The notes under the pieces are model-generated. The model made no database searches. It had not been told where the DNA came from and was given only the letters and a program-made list of their open reading frames with translations. Of a stretch of 64,000 bases of DNA, positions 48,033 through 64,000 are shown one piece after another. Position 1 is the stretch's first letter. Each line of letters starts with the position of its first letter. A program made the translations under genes and the position numbers. The stretch lies in NCBI GenBank assembly GCA_965649825.1, contig OZ287703.1:801722-865721 (forward strand), written 5' to 3'. This stretch comes from Penicillus capitatus. Lineage: Eukaryota > Plantae > Chlorophyta.

Positions 48033-48689
48033 CCAGACCCAACGTTTCCTCGTCATTCAGCTCTTGTAAATTCATGCGACCACGAGGAAAAGTACTTCTT
48101 TGGGCATACCAACCGGCTGGACATTCCAAGACATGCCTTACCAGTCGGTAGGGCTTGTGACGTCGTTGTATGTTCGTGCTGGAAGTCGTGCAGCACGATA
48201 ATCACCGTTCCGTTTGTGGGTCGCTAACAAATGTCGCCTTTCCTTCCTATATCGGGTATCCGTTCTCCCTTAACCTGCGCTGAACTCTTTGCTCGCAGTT
48301 CGCTGTTAATGTATGAAATCATTGCTGTGGATCGAATGTTCCCAAACACCAACCGAACGAACGTCACAAACTGTCGTGGTTCCTTGTTGTCACTTGTTGC
48401 TCTCATCCAAATTCTCTTTCAGCTGGACAGGTATCGAGATAACAGGTGAAGATCTCCATCCAGCAAGGTGACGGTTGGTCGATCTCTCGGCAAGAGCGAG
48501 CTTTATCAGAAGCAGTGATCAAGAGAGTCAGGCAGATGGGGTCTTCAACGTCAACGGTTATTAACGGTGGTGCTCTTACTGAAGGCGTTTGGCCGCGGGT
48601 CGAGATTCCACGAAGGGTTTCACGGATCTTAAGGAATAAGCATTCTTTCACCTCCGCGAGAGCGAAGCTTTATACACTGGCGTTACAGA

Positions 48690-50330
48690 CTACATAAAAC
48701 AAGCGTTTTCGAAAAAGTGTTGCCGCGGTTCATAGTCCACCGCGTCTTCTGTCTCGATGATCAACCGTGGAAACTTCTGTTGAAGACTTTCGATCGCGTT
48801 TTGGTATCTTAGAAAATCCGCTTCCCGTATGTCCAACCACAATTGCTCCAACCTCTCGATCATCTCGAGCGACAGAAGGCGAGGCAACAATCGGTTAACG
48901 GACTCGCCCTGCATGACCACACGGAAGATGCGGAGATTGCACAGCCTGTTGAGCTTTTGCAGCCCAGCAGCGGTGACATGTCTTCCTAAAGCGTGGATGG
49001 AGAGAACCTCCAAGCCCGTTCTCTTACAGATGTGTGCCACATCGCGATCCCACTTCATTCGAGAAACGCAGAGTGACCACAGACGCGGGAAGAAGGCCTC
49101 GTGCAACGGAAGGTGCAGCACAGGATTGTTCCGTGAGGAGACGTGGAGCCAGTTCAAGACTTCCAGTCTCCTCAGCTGAGAGAGAAAAGCCACGACACCG
49201 TCCATCACGTTGACACTGGAGAATCTCAGTGCCCTCAGATTGCAGAGGTGACCCAGCATCGCAGCCCCATTGACGGAGCACTGACTGAGATTGAGGCACT
49301 CCAGTCTGCAGAGATTGCCGAACAACGCATTCGGTATCTTCGGAGAAAACCATCCAGTGTCGAATGTCAAATCCAGAACCTGCAGACGTCTGAGCACCGA
49401 AGCAATAGACTCCCGGATAAGGTGGCCGGGACTTTTGTATGTGCAGATCCCGAGGCTCTTGACGTTATCCTTGTCGACGAAGCGGTCGAACTTAGCCGGG
49501 ATCTTTGGCCGCAACAGCATGGAAGACACGATCGTCTTCGGATTCGGCAGATCCTTCATCCGACGTAGGGATTCCGCACGATGCAGCTGGATATTGGGAA
49601 TCTCCTCCATGAACCGTAGCTTCGCCCTGGGGCCAAGTAGACACGCCTGCAGTTCCACGGTCTGCAGACAAGGAAGACTCTCGACCAGCTGCTTGATGCA
49701 TCTGGATATGTCTCCGCGACCCGTGTGCTGGCGAACCCACATCGTATTGAGCACCGTGTCTCCAAAGCTCTTGGGATTCATGAAACAGTAGCAGAAGAGT
49801 GAGGTGACGTCTCTTAGCCGAGACCACTGTTGGTTGGCACCCTGACAACGGTGACTGCACACGAGCAACGCGCCGCGGCTCATCTCGATCCGCGAGAGGC
49901 AGGGCAGCTGCTGAAGGACATGGACGATTCTCTTCAGTTCCTTGCCGTACCATTGAGCACGGGAAGGGATAGATATGCTCTGCTGCTTGGCTGAGTTACG
50001 GCTGGCGACAAAGTGGGAGATGTCGACGGAGGTCAGACGCGAGAATTTAAGCAGAGAAACGAGATCCGCGGGAACGAGGAGGCGGTTCTTGTGCGGTCGG
50101 ACCTCGTAGATGTTCTGATTGATGGCCTCGCTCCAGTGCTTGTTCAGAAGACGCAATGGAGGACCGTCGGACCTCCATCTTCGTAGTACTTTGAGCGCAT
50201 GGGCCAACCGGCAGATAACTGGAAACGGAAGAGACGCCCAGTGACGTGGCACGCTTCTGGAAAGCGAGGGACTCTGTTGGGGAGTAGAAAGGACGTTTAT
50301 CTGTTGGGAATTGGCGGTTTCTGTTCTCAT
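48690..50330 (-). CDS. F-box-like/LRR protein, paralogue 2 (intronless)
   Basis: RHWASLPFPVICRLAHAL..LRLLNKHWS..EVRPH, then LRRs. Likely ATG at 50330 within the longer ORF. Confidence 0.75.
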   Translation of the reverse strand: MRTETANSQQINVLSTPQQSPSLSRSVPRHWASLPFPVICRLAHALKVLRRWRSDGPPLRLLNKHWSEAINQNIYEVRPHKNRLLVPADLVSLLKFSRLTSVDISHFVASRNSAKQQSISIPSRAQWYGKELKRIVHVLQQLPCLSRIEMSRGALLVCSHRCQGANQQWSRLRDVTSLFCYCFMNPKSFGDTVLNTMWVRQHTGRGDISRCIKQLVESLPCLQTVELQACLLGPRAKLRFMEEIPNIQLHRAESLRRMKDLPNPKTIVSSMLLRPKIPAKFDRFVDKDNVKSLGICTYKSPGHLIRESIASVLRRLQVLDLTFDTGWFSPKIPNALFGNLCRLECLNLSQCSVNGAAMLGHLCNLRALRFSSVNVMDGVVAFLSQLRRLEVLNWLHVSSRNNPVLHLPLHEAFFPRLWSLCVSRMKWDRDVAHICKRTGLEVLSIHALGRHVTAAGLQKLNRLCNLRIFRVVMQGESVNRLLPRLLSLEMIERLEQLWLDIREADFLRYQNAIESLQQKFPRLIIETEDAVDYEPRQHFFENACFM

Positions 50331-52047
50331 GCCCTGACAGTGCCGAGACCTTATACGCAGGTAGCGATGGAGAATGAATGTGTCGTGAAGAAGAGGATAG
50401 AGTAAGGAGACCGTAAACGACCGTAGAGGCGTTTCGGCATAACTTCTTGCTGGCGTCGCCTGACATGACAGCTTCAGGTGTCTTTGCGAAGCGCCTGAGA
50501 TAGAGCAGACAACGACGATGCGTTTCTCCAGCACAGACGAAGACGAAGTTCGGAAGGCGTGATGCCCGAGCGTGATTGGTTTCTGTTTATTCACCTTCTT
50601 GACACAGGCGTTGTAAAGCGTGAAGGAAATGTGTGTATGCACTATCCTTCGCGGGCACACCCAACACCGCTCCAGGATCGTCAATCGTTATAAGGCAGAG
50701 ACAGGATGTCTGTGGGAAGCGGGTTCCAGGGCGTTGATGGGCAGAACGCATCTTTATTGTTATCTGAAAGCGAGGGAAGGTGAACAATGACCACCCCAAC
50801 GAACTAACTATACACGTGTTTCAAATGGAGACGTCTTCGAGGACGCATCCTTTAGTTATCTATTCGCACCAATGTTGCCGATACGAGACACTGTCGTCAA
50901 TTCTAGCGCAGCGGTAGTGTCAGACCATACGTGGTTTTCTGCTACGCCATCCACCCCAGCACAAGCGATCGCTTCATACACAGTTCTTCCAGAATCATTC
51001 ACGACACTCTTTCGATCAGTTGCTTGAATGAGATTCCTGTTCATGACAGAGTTGCCTTGTGTTCGCCGATTTCGTGTTGATGCCAGAAAGTGTTGTGTTA
51101 TTATAAAGGAGTCGGGATTTTCTGAGAAGGCGTAGAACTATCCCTTTGCACAACCATTTCCTTTTGTGGTGCCTCATCAAGGATTCCAGCAGAGGCAAAC
51201 TGTGAATCGTAGGAGTGTCACGTCTGATAACTACCTATTCATCTCGGAGCTGGTGTCATTACTCAAATGTTCAGGCAAGAGTCTGCTTACAAAAGAGAGT
51301 CCCTCATTGTTCACGCCCCTCCTTAAATACCTTCGGACTAATACGCCATTGATCCGATGGCTGTAAATGCCGTGATTAGTCATCGTTTGTCTACAGGAGC
51401 TCACATTTGGTATTGTTGATTCATAGTCGACTCTCATGGCCGTCCAGCTCTTCGTTGCATCTTGGCTCGAGATGTCTATGTTATCTCCTCCATTTTTTGG
51501 TCCCGGCGTCCTGAGCTATCGTGTCTTGTCCAAAGGCAGTGCGATCAAAAATGGGTCCCCCTTGCGTTTGCAAACCATCTCTCGGGGACAGCAGCTGCTG
51601 CAACAGACAAGAGTGTAGGCATTGGAGGTGTCTTGTCCAGCGCAGCGGAGACTCTTGACGCGACGGCTAGCCAAAGACATTTGCAAGCGGCAATAACAGT
51701 TTCGTACAATTGCGACAAAAAGGTTACATGGGGAGAACTACGCCATTCAGTACATTGAACACGGGTCCAAAGTAAAGCATGTGTCTCCACAGAAGGAAGA
51801 AACTGATAGCCATATGCAGAAATAGATCAGCAATCATGAGTAGTGGGCCTTAAGGAGCTTAGAAACTGTCGGCACTTTGTTCATCGACATGCGATTCCGT
51901 TGAAAGAAGTGGATCGGTGTATTTCAGTTTCCTGGAAATATGATGCCGACATCTCTGCTGTGATGAGAACAAATCATGATGTGACAGGTGGATTAATCGA
52001 CCTGTCATCCATCGTGGAATGACTTCGGTGTTAAACACACTACTCGA

Positions 52048-56882
<4,835 letters not shown>

Positions 56883-58270
56883 TCTTCCACGCAGGTGGTT
56901 AGTGATTCTCCTTCTACGCAAACTTGTCTACCTTTCTTAATAGCATTGGATTCCTTCCTTAAGTTTTACCGTTTGATTTAATGTGCTAGCCGAACAGTTA
57001 GATGCCTCGATTGCATTATGGACAAATAAGTGTTTATGATTCTTAATCGTGGTTTATTTAAAGAGTCTTTTGCAGTAGCACCCACAGTCCGTGCGGTTAC
57101 AAGAAAGCGATGCCATCTGAGTGCAAGTGTTTCGGGCCATCGAGTGTTCCTGTGCCCCATCGAAAACAAAAACCGTTTTCGTGAACACGGTCCCTGCACG
57201 CCAGGCCGTTCTTGACGACGACAGCGACCTGATATCTCTCATTCAGGCATGGTGCTTGACAAAGGCAGTGCTGTCACATCAAAGGCGATCCGCAGACGTC
57301 TAGTCCGATCCACAAAACCACTATGACGATTCTTTGCTTCGCCTTCGAACGTTCCACTTGCTCAGTCGAAACTGCCGAACGCTAGTCGGAAGTCTTTCTG
57401 TCGATGTTCTCGGACATCCGTATGACCAGTAGGCGGACAAAGCAGTTACTACTCGCAGTTCTGCTGCCATAGACTGTACGACAAAGAAAGTCATTCATGG
57501 AAGCCCCTCATCGAAAGGCGTATACAGTAAAAGGAGGGCACATCGGTCTGCCCACGGGATCGAGTCACTGAAGAGATGCTGAACCCCAATAATCGCCATC
57601 GGAACGGGTGTCTCTTCCATTCCCTCCACGCCGTAGAGCACGGACTGCCGAATTGAGGATGCAGTCTCTGTGAGATCGTCATTCGGCAGGTGTGCAGAGA
57701 GAACAACCGATCTGATGCAGCATTCCTCATATCTCCCTGAAAATGAGCTGGAAGCTGTATCACTGCTCATCTGAGCGAATTGGGAGATTTCGGAGCTGCT
57801 GTACTTTTTAGTCGGAACCCGACACGCTCCGAAGGGATATTCTCTGCGTCCACTCTTGCTGAGGTCATTTCAAAATGCCGTGCGTGCCACGATGAGGACG
57901 ACTGTCGTACGATCGGCGCATCCATTGATGGGACAGCGACTTCTTGTTATTTTCATCAAGGCAGCGGAGATCGAATCTTCAGACGCTGCAAGCAGTATCT
58001 ACCAGTCAAGATGAAGACGCGGTGACGTGGACGTGCAGCACGACGCAGACAACGGATAACAGTGCAGATCAACGCAAAACAGTGCCATTCGCTCATCCCC
58101 GCGTACGTCTTGTCTCATCCGTCGGGTACAGCACAGCACGCGTCCAAAGAAATTCTCAGGCCGTTATTTCAATAGAGCAAGACGCCAGCGGCCTTTCATT
58201 CAAAACCGTTTTTCCGTGAACCCAGTCCAGACCGGCAAGACACTTTCGAGGACAGAAGTGCGCGTTAGAC

Positions 58271-59875
58271 ATGGCGTTGACTAAAGATACCACCGCCTCA
58301 ACAATGCAACGCCACCGCGACTGGGCATCTCTTCCGCCGCCGATTCTCGACACTCTCATCGACGTGCTCAAGCAAACGTTGAGATGGCGATGCGACGGGC
58401 CCTCGCTCAGACTCGTCAACAAGCATTGGTCAGCCGTCATCGACCACAACGTGCAGGAAGTGCGTCCGCACCATCGAAGAACGCTCATCGAAAAGGACAT
58501 CGCTTCGCTGCTCAAATTCCCTCGACTCACATCCGTCGACATTTCGCGGTTTCTCGTCGACCCGCCCAGGCATGAAACGAGAAGGGGCTCGAGGAAAAGC
58601 AAAGCCGTTTTCCGCTGCGCATGGTACAACAGACAGTTGGAAAGGGTGACGGGTGTCTTGTCCCAGCTGCCTCGCCTTTGGCACTTGGAGATGAGCCACA
58701 AGACGCTGAACATCTGCCACTACCAGTGCACAGGGGTCAAGGGCGGATGGTCCAAGTTGGATACCATTCGATCACTCTACTGTTACTCATTCGAAAATCT
58801 AAAGCTTTACGGCGACACGCCGCTCAACACCACGTGGATTCGTCAGTCCTGTGCGTCGGGCGACGCGTCTGCGATCTTGGAGACCGTCGTCGGCGCCCTC
58901 AACTCATTGAACACCGTGGAACTCCAGGCGAATCTGTTCCGTTCGACAGCCGATCTGTCTTTTCTGGAAAGGATGGATTCCGTCAAGCTACAAGGCGTCG
59001 ATTCCATCGAATCGATCGCATCTCTCCCCAATCCATCGGCAACCGTATCTTCTTTGGTGCTGAGATCGATGCCAGCTGCATTCGAGAAACTCGCATCGCT
59101 GGATCACATGAAGAGCCTCGGACTTTTTATCGAGACGCCGCAGGTGTTGCAGGACGCTTCTTTCGTCCAAGTGCTGCGACATCTGAAGGTTCTCGAACTG
59201 GCATTCAAGCGGACGCCCAGATTCGTTCCGGACGAGGTGTTCGATGCTCTGGACCAACTCGAATGTCTCAATCTCAGCGGCTGCCTGTTTCACGGAAAGG
59301 CGGCGAAAGGAAAACTACAGAATCTCACAGTTTTGAGAATAAAGCACTGCTGCGTCAAGGATAACGACGTGTCGTTTCTTTCCAAGATGAAAAAGCTTGA
59401 AGGGCTGCATTGGGTAGGCATCGTTGATCGAACACACGAATGGCTAGACCTGCCTCTGCATGATGTCGTGCTGCCCAGACTTCGTTTACTAAGCATTTCA
59501 GTAAATAAAGGAGACGCAACAATGAAAGCCATCGCCCAACTGGCGAATTTGGAAGTGCTCTTTCTCGAGCCATTGCAAGCGACGACGATAAATGGCATGA
59601 GAGAGCTGGAGAAGCTGTCAAAGCTTCGTATTCTCTACATCAGTACTTTTTTTGATTCTTCAAGTCCAAGCGAACCGATCTCGCACTTGCTCACCTTCGA
59701 CATGATCACGAAACTGGAACAGCTTCTGCTGCTTCTGCCGGCAGAAGTACTCCAGTCGTTGAGTGGAAGCCTTCAAGAGATCCAGAAAAAGGCGCCTCAG
59801 TTGATCGTGGAAGTGGGAAGCCGTTCGCTCTACTCCCGCACCCGTTGCCTTGCCGAGGATGCATTTTTGATTTAG
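58271..59875 (+). CDS. F-box-like/LRR protein, paralogue 3 (intronless)
   Basis: RDWASLPPPILDTLIDVL..LRLVNKHWS..EVRPH, then LRRs. Confidence 0.75.
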   Translation: MALTKDTTASTMQRHRDWASLPPPILDTLIDVLKQTLRWRCDGPSLRLVNKHWSAVIDHNVQEVRPHHRRTLIEKDIASLLKFPRLTSVDISRFLVDPPRHETRRGSRKSKAVFRCAWYNRQLERVTGVLSQLPRLWHLEMSHKTLNICHYQCTGVKGGWSKLDTIRSLYCYSFENLKLYGDTPLNTTWIRQSCASGDASAILETVVGALNSLNTVELQANLFRSTADLSFLERMDSVKLQGVDSIESIASLPNPSATVSSLVLRSMPAAFEKLASLDHMKSLGLFIETPQVLQDASFVQVLRHLKVLELAFKRTPRFVPDEVFDALDQLECLNLSGCLFHGKAAKGKLQNLTVLRIKHCCVKDNDVSFLSKMKKLEGLHWVGIVDRTHEWLDLPLHDVVLPRLRLLSISVNKGDATMKAIAQLANLEVLFLEPLQATTINGMRELEKLSKLRILYISTFFDSSSPSEPISHLLTFDMITKLEQLLLLLPAEVLQSLSGSLQEIQKKAPQLIVEVGSRSLYSRTRCLAEDAFLI

Positions 59876-60652
59876 TTATCATAAGTGATGAACAGACTCT
59901 TAGCATCAAAGATGCAATGAATCACTCTTTCCGACTTTTTTTGGGTTTAAATCACCAACAGTCAAGACAGGGGAATTCGTGGGGAATTCGTTTGCGGAGA
60001 TCCTCGGAGACAGATCCGAGGCATTCAAGATCCCTTAACAGTAGGAAGGGGTTGAAGCCAACGTATGATTGGTGTTTGTTGTCATGTATCGCCCGTACAT
60101 TTGTGGACATTACCACAAGAAACGAGAACTCCTTAGAACTGCCATTGTTTGTGAAAGCAGGGACGTTGTCAGGAGAACATCATGTAGATGAAAAGCTTGA
60201 AAGTTATGAAGCAATCGCAGACTCTCGATATCGAATCGCGATCGATCGTCTCGTCGCGATGTGGGGTTGAAGGTGATTGATTGCTAACGTCACTGGTACT
60301 CCCGACATCACTGGCAACATCTGCGCAGGTCGGACTGGCCGAAAGGCACGAGACGACCTGTCTTTCGGATAATAGCTTGATGTATGTTTCAGGAATTTCG
60401 TTGTGTGCAGCTGAAAAAGGAGAGTTCATTTCGCTGTCGTGTTAAAGTAAGATGCAGAATTGTCAGAGAATCATGGAAACAGCGAGGGTACCTTTCTCTC
60501 CTGCAGAACCACACTTTTGCCTTTTTGAATGCGAGCATCATCTCGATGAGATCGTCTGCCCACCATCTTTTCCATTTGATACGTCAAATTGGCAGTTGCG
60601 TTACAAATCTGCAAGAACTGAATAAAGCAGATCTAGTGCCACGCCATTCAAA

Positions 60653-62544
60653 TCAATAGACAAATGAAGGAGCTGCTGAAGATGGCTCTTCAGTTGGATC
60701 GTCCATAGAGAGTTGCTTCAGGTAGCGGCGAAACATCTCGAGTGCTTGCATCGGATGTGTCTGTGGTACCATGTGCCCTGCATTGCGAACGGTGCAGTAC
60801 GTCAAGCCTTTATATTCGACATGGTATCCGCCAACCTAAGACAGTCTTTCACGAAACAGCCGAGTCCATGCGTGGAGAGTAGAGACCTGTCCTTCCGGAT
60901 CCATCCAGGCATTCCATGGAGAAATAACTTCGAGCCCTAAGCCAGTTGTCCACATCTCTGTGTCTGTGTGTGGCACAGCAAAGTCATGATCGCCGCTGTA
61001 GATCAAAGCGTGGAGTCCTGACGACACAGAACTGCACGGCTGCTCGATCTCATCTGAGAATGACGACCTTTCTGCGTCACAAATTTCTTGTGGAGATCCA
61101 AGACGGAGGACACTGTTTGGTTGTAGGTCAGTCTGTTGGAGCAGAGATAGAAACGGCCAGAGATGTCAATGGGAGCAGTGTAGATGGCTTCTCGGACATC
61201 GTCTCTATTGAGCCATGTTTCCACCGTCCTGGACAGAAACCATTAAGAACACAGTTGTGTACCATCGCCGCTGTACCAGTAGTCTGTGCAAGGCGGTTCG
61301 ACGTCGGCGGCATTCATCCAGTTGTAAACAAGACCCTTTGCCGGCACAGGACCCAACGGCCATGTCCATCCATTTTCCTCAACGAACGCATTCATCCGTT
61401 CAGAACGATGTGTTAGATCATCATTCGCGATTCCTTTTGGCGGAACGTCACACTTTCCAGCAACGTTGTAAATGTTGAGGGGCGGAGTAAACAGCTCATC
61501 ATACGCTTGGTTTTGCAGACGCTGGCAATCGCTTCCTGTAAAGGTACTCATCCAGTGCCATTTCTCCAAGGTCATCATCGCACCTTTCGTTGCAGTGCAG
61601 TATTTTCCATCGCAAGCCTTCGAGATTCTCTCGTAGAATTCGTTGGAGATCAGAGATTTGCCATGAGCAAATGGCATGCGGGTCGAAGCGGACACACACC
61701 AATCGGCCACACCGTTGCCAACTAAATACCCCTGATCTCAAGGGTCACCGCAGGAAAGGCAAAAAACGAATAGGATCGTACAACGAGACGGATGTTGGGT
61801 GTCGGTCTGGCCTCATTGCCTTTGACGATCTCATCTACCAGCATTGGCACATAGACTCCAGCATAACTCTCTCCTGCAGTATCAAAACGTGTGAGAAAGA
61901 ATGAGTGAGATGGTGTCGTGCCTGCAACAAAGAACTTGTTTGCAGCAAACTCTGGGAAAAGCTTCAAGAACTTCAGCACGGCCGCATACAGATCTTCGGC
62001 TGTCTTGTGATCATCCGTTTCGTAGTGGGTGACGCCTTCTGAATACGAGAGTCCGGTACCTATGACAAGACAACGTTTTTTCATTTCTTACAGCAAGGCG
62101 GGATCGACCAGCAGGGGAGTCCAGATATATCACACTGGCCACTTTGGTCCATGTATGGGGATTCCTGCTGAGCTTGACGTCGCCGTCGTTGTAGTCGAAA
62201 GTAAAAGGGCCATGCTCGTAGACAAATCCGTCAAAGCTCGAGCAACCGGGTCCTCCATTGAGCCAAAGAACGAGGGGGTCGTTTTCGGGGTCGTTTTCCG
62301 ATTCGACAAAGTAGTAAAAGAGGTGACTGCGACGTTGTAGATCGACGGTCAGGTATCCGGCATAATGCTTTGACCCGAAACTATCTCCTTTGAATCCGGG
62401 AAGCGCGACCACCTCCTCGCGCGAGGAACGATCAACGAGAGTTCCTAAGGAGGGCGTCGAAGACGCAGCTGCGAAGAGACCAGTTCCAAACTCAGATCCC
62501 AGACAGAGCAAACAGAGTAAGAGGAGAGACATGATGCGACACAT
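60653..62544 (-). CDS. Serine carboxypeptidase (S10, SCPL), secreted, multi-exon
   Basis: Signal peptide, DPLVLWLNGGPGCSS, GESYAGVYVP (Ser), SGDHDFAVP (Asp) and TVRNAGHMVP (His). Confidence 0.93.
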
Positions 62545-62921
62545 AGCGACATGCGATGTCGTTTTAGCCGCTTTAGCAGATTGCCATTAAATCACGAACG
62601 ACAAAGTACACAACCGCCAAGAGAGTTTCCGCTGTCGCTGACTAGACCTACTCCAAGACGTCGTTCCCACCAAACGTGTGTCAATTTTCCACCGTCTGTT
62701 CTTCGGAGACACACGTCAATCACTATGCAAAGATGCGTCCATCTCGTGGTGAGCTCCTTCCTCGCGATGCATCGTCACACGGTCATGGAGTCGACGTCAC
62801 GAACTGCGCACGCTCTGCAAACCATTCTTCGTTTCACGTTTCATGCCGCGGCTCGAAACGTCTCATTCATCTTCTTTGTTTGCAGTTCCTTCTGTCACTC
62901 TTCCTTTGTGCGAGATCCCAA

Positions 62922-63549
62922 ATGATTCGAGACGGTGAGGCCGTTCTGCTCCTTCTTCAGAGAGTGGCATTTCTGTGTTGCTCAGCGATGGAGACGGCAC
63001 ATCAGAGAGGCTTGGCCGCTGCTGATGTCGAACATCGTGTCTGCGTGAACTTCAAGAACAAGTGCTCCACCGAGACGATCTTCAACGTTGCGATCGCTTA
63101 TCCCTATCGCTCTCTCGAATGGCGATGCCGTGGTTGGATGAACGTCCTGCCACTGCACGAGAAACAGGTCTGCTGGACGAGCTCCGATGCCGCCCACTAC
63201 TACGTCCACGTCAATGTCGAGAACGGCGATCCTTCTCCTTCCTGCCATCTCGATCCCGAAGGAGTCCTTCTGGCCGAGTCCGCCAAAAAGTCCAAGACCG
63301 ACCCGGCGATGCGTGCGCTGACCCTTTGGCCCTTTCACTAGGTTTGCCTTCTGCGCCCACATGCAGCGCGCCTTCGACATCTTCGAGACACTTGACGAAG
63401 ACCTAAACCTCGTCGACGAACAGCTCTTCCAGGCGATGGAGCAGAGCGAAGCCGTCTGCGAGGATTTGAGCGATGACGGCTGTTATCGTCGCATGTCTTT
63501 CCACCAAGTGCCGGCGGACAAGGAGATCGTCCTGGATGTCGGATGTTAG
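62922..63549 (+). CDS. Small putatively secreted protein, DUF1036-like; probable intron at ~63278-63341
   Basis: NKCSTETIFNVAIAY...WRCRGWMNVLP...HYYVH then FCAHMQRAFDI...C..GCYRRMSFHQV follows the DUF1036 pattern as recalled. A gtccgc..ctag splice keeps the frame. Confidence 0.5.
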
Positions 63550-64000
63550 GGAGCGAAGCGACCGCTGCCCAGGAACTCTTTCAAGGTAGCCTCTCTCCCC
63601 TTCCCTCTATACGATGGCATGTGTGGCGCTGTAGATACCGCGACCGACGTCTTCTGTTCAGAATAACATTCCTTTAGTCGAATGAGAATGATCCATGAGA
63701 ATGCCGTATGTCAATTGGGGGGGGGTTCGTAGCTGTATGTCTGTCTGTTCGAATGCATGCACTAGCCGAGTTTGTTTATGTGTCCGCCATTGAGAATTCC
63801 TAAGTATGTCTATCTGTCTAGTTCGCCTAGGTGAACCTCAAGACAACAAAAGTATTCGTCGAGTCTCACTCAACTCTGTCCTTTTTTGGTCGTCGGTCCC
63901 TTTGTCGTTGTAATCGACTGATGTCGTGTACTTGACTCGTTCGTGCGGCAAAAGAGATTCAAAGTGATTTGCGCTGACGCAGAGCTCTCTCCGTAACGAG

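Noticed and set aside
50700-52040. Short ORFs between LRR paralogue 2 and ABCC
   Set aside because: No recognisable motifs or coherent exon chain.
63342-63549. 62-aa acidic ORF 19 nt after the upstream stop, as another bicistronic pair
   Set aside because: A gtccgc..ctag intron joins both ORFs in frame, and the joined protein fits one family pattern.

Overview
Compact eukaryotic DNA with short (~50-60 bp) GT-AG introns. Plant-type genes (HESO1-like, mTERF, serine carboxypeptidase) and TGTAA motifs in retroelement 3' ends suggest a green alga; this is inference. Dense housekeeping blocks hold HESO1-like, UBX, SEC11, BTB, NDUFAF8-like, CASP, COQ4, NOC4, RIT1, mTERF, ABCC and SCPL genes, plus three F-box/LRR-like paralogues. 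Two transposon-rich islands (about 10025-21819 and about 29050-44590) interrupt these blocks. Each island carries one ~1.9-kaa NLR-like gene: a ~500-aa helical N-terminal domain, a NACHT NTPase and an array of 37-aa HEAT-like repeats. The N-terminal and NACHT parts of the two paralogues are close, but the repeat arrays differ in number and consensus and show internal shuffling or homogenisation, which suggests a diversifying innate-immune receptor system. Island 1 sits between two ~2.6-kb direct repeats of host genes (CASP 3' half, COQ4, NOC4 3' end), and its left junction is exactly the start of an LTR. Other notable items are a TGATG stop/start overlap (NDUFAF8-CASP, candidate bicistronic mRNA), a 7-nt NOC4-COQ4 spacer, a TRIM carrying a 28-bp minisatellite, solo LTRs nested in LINE coding sequence, and a covarying LINE 3' stem-loop.
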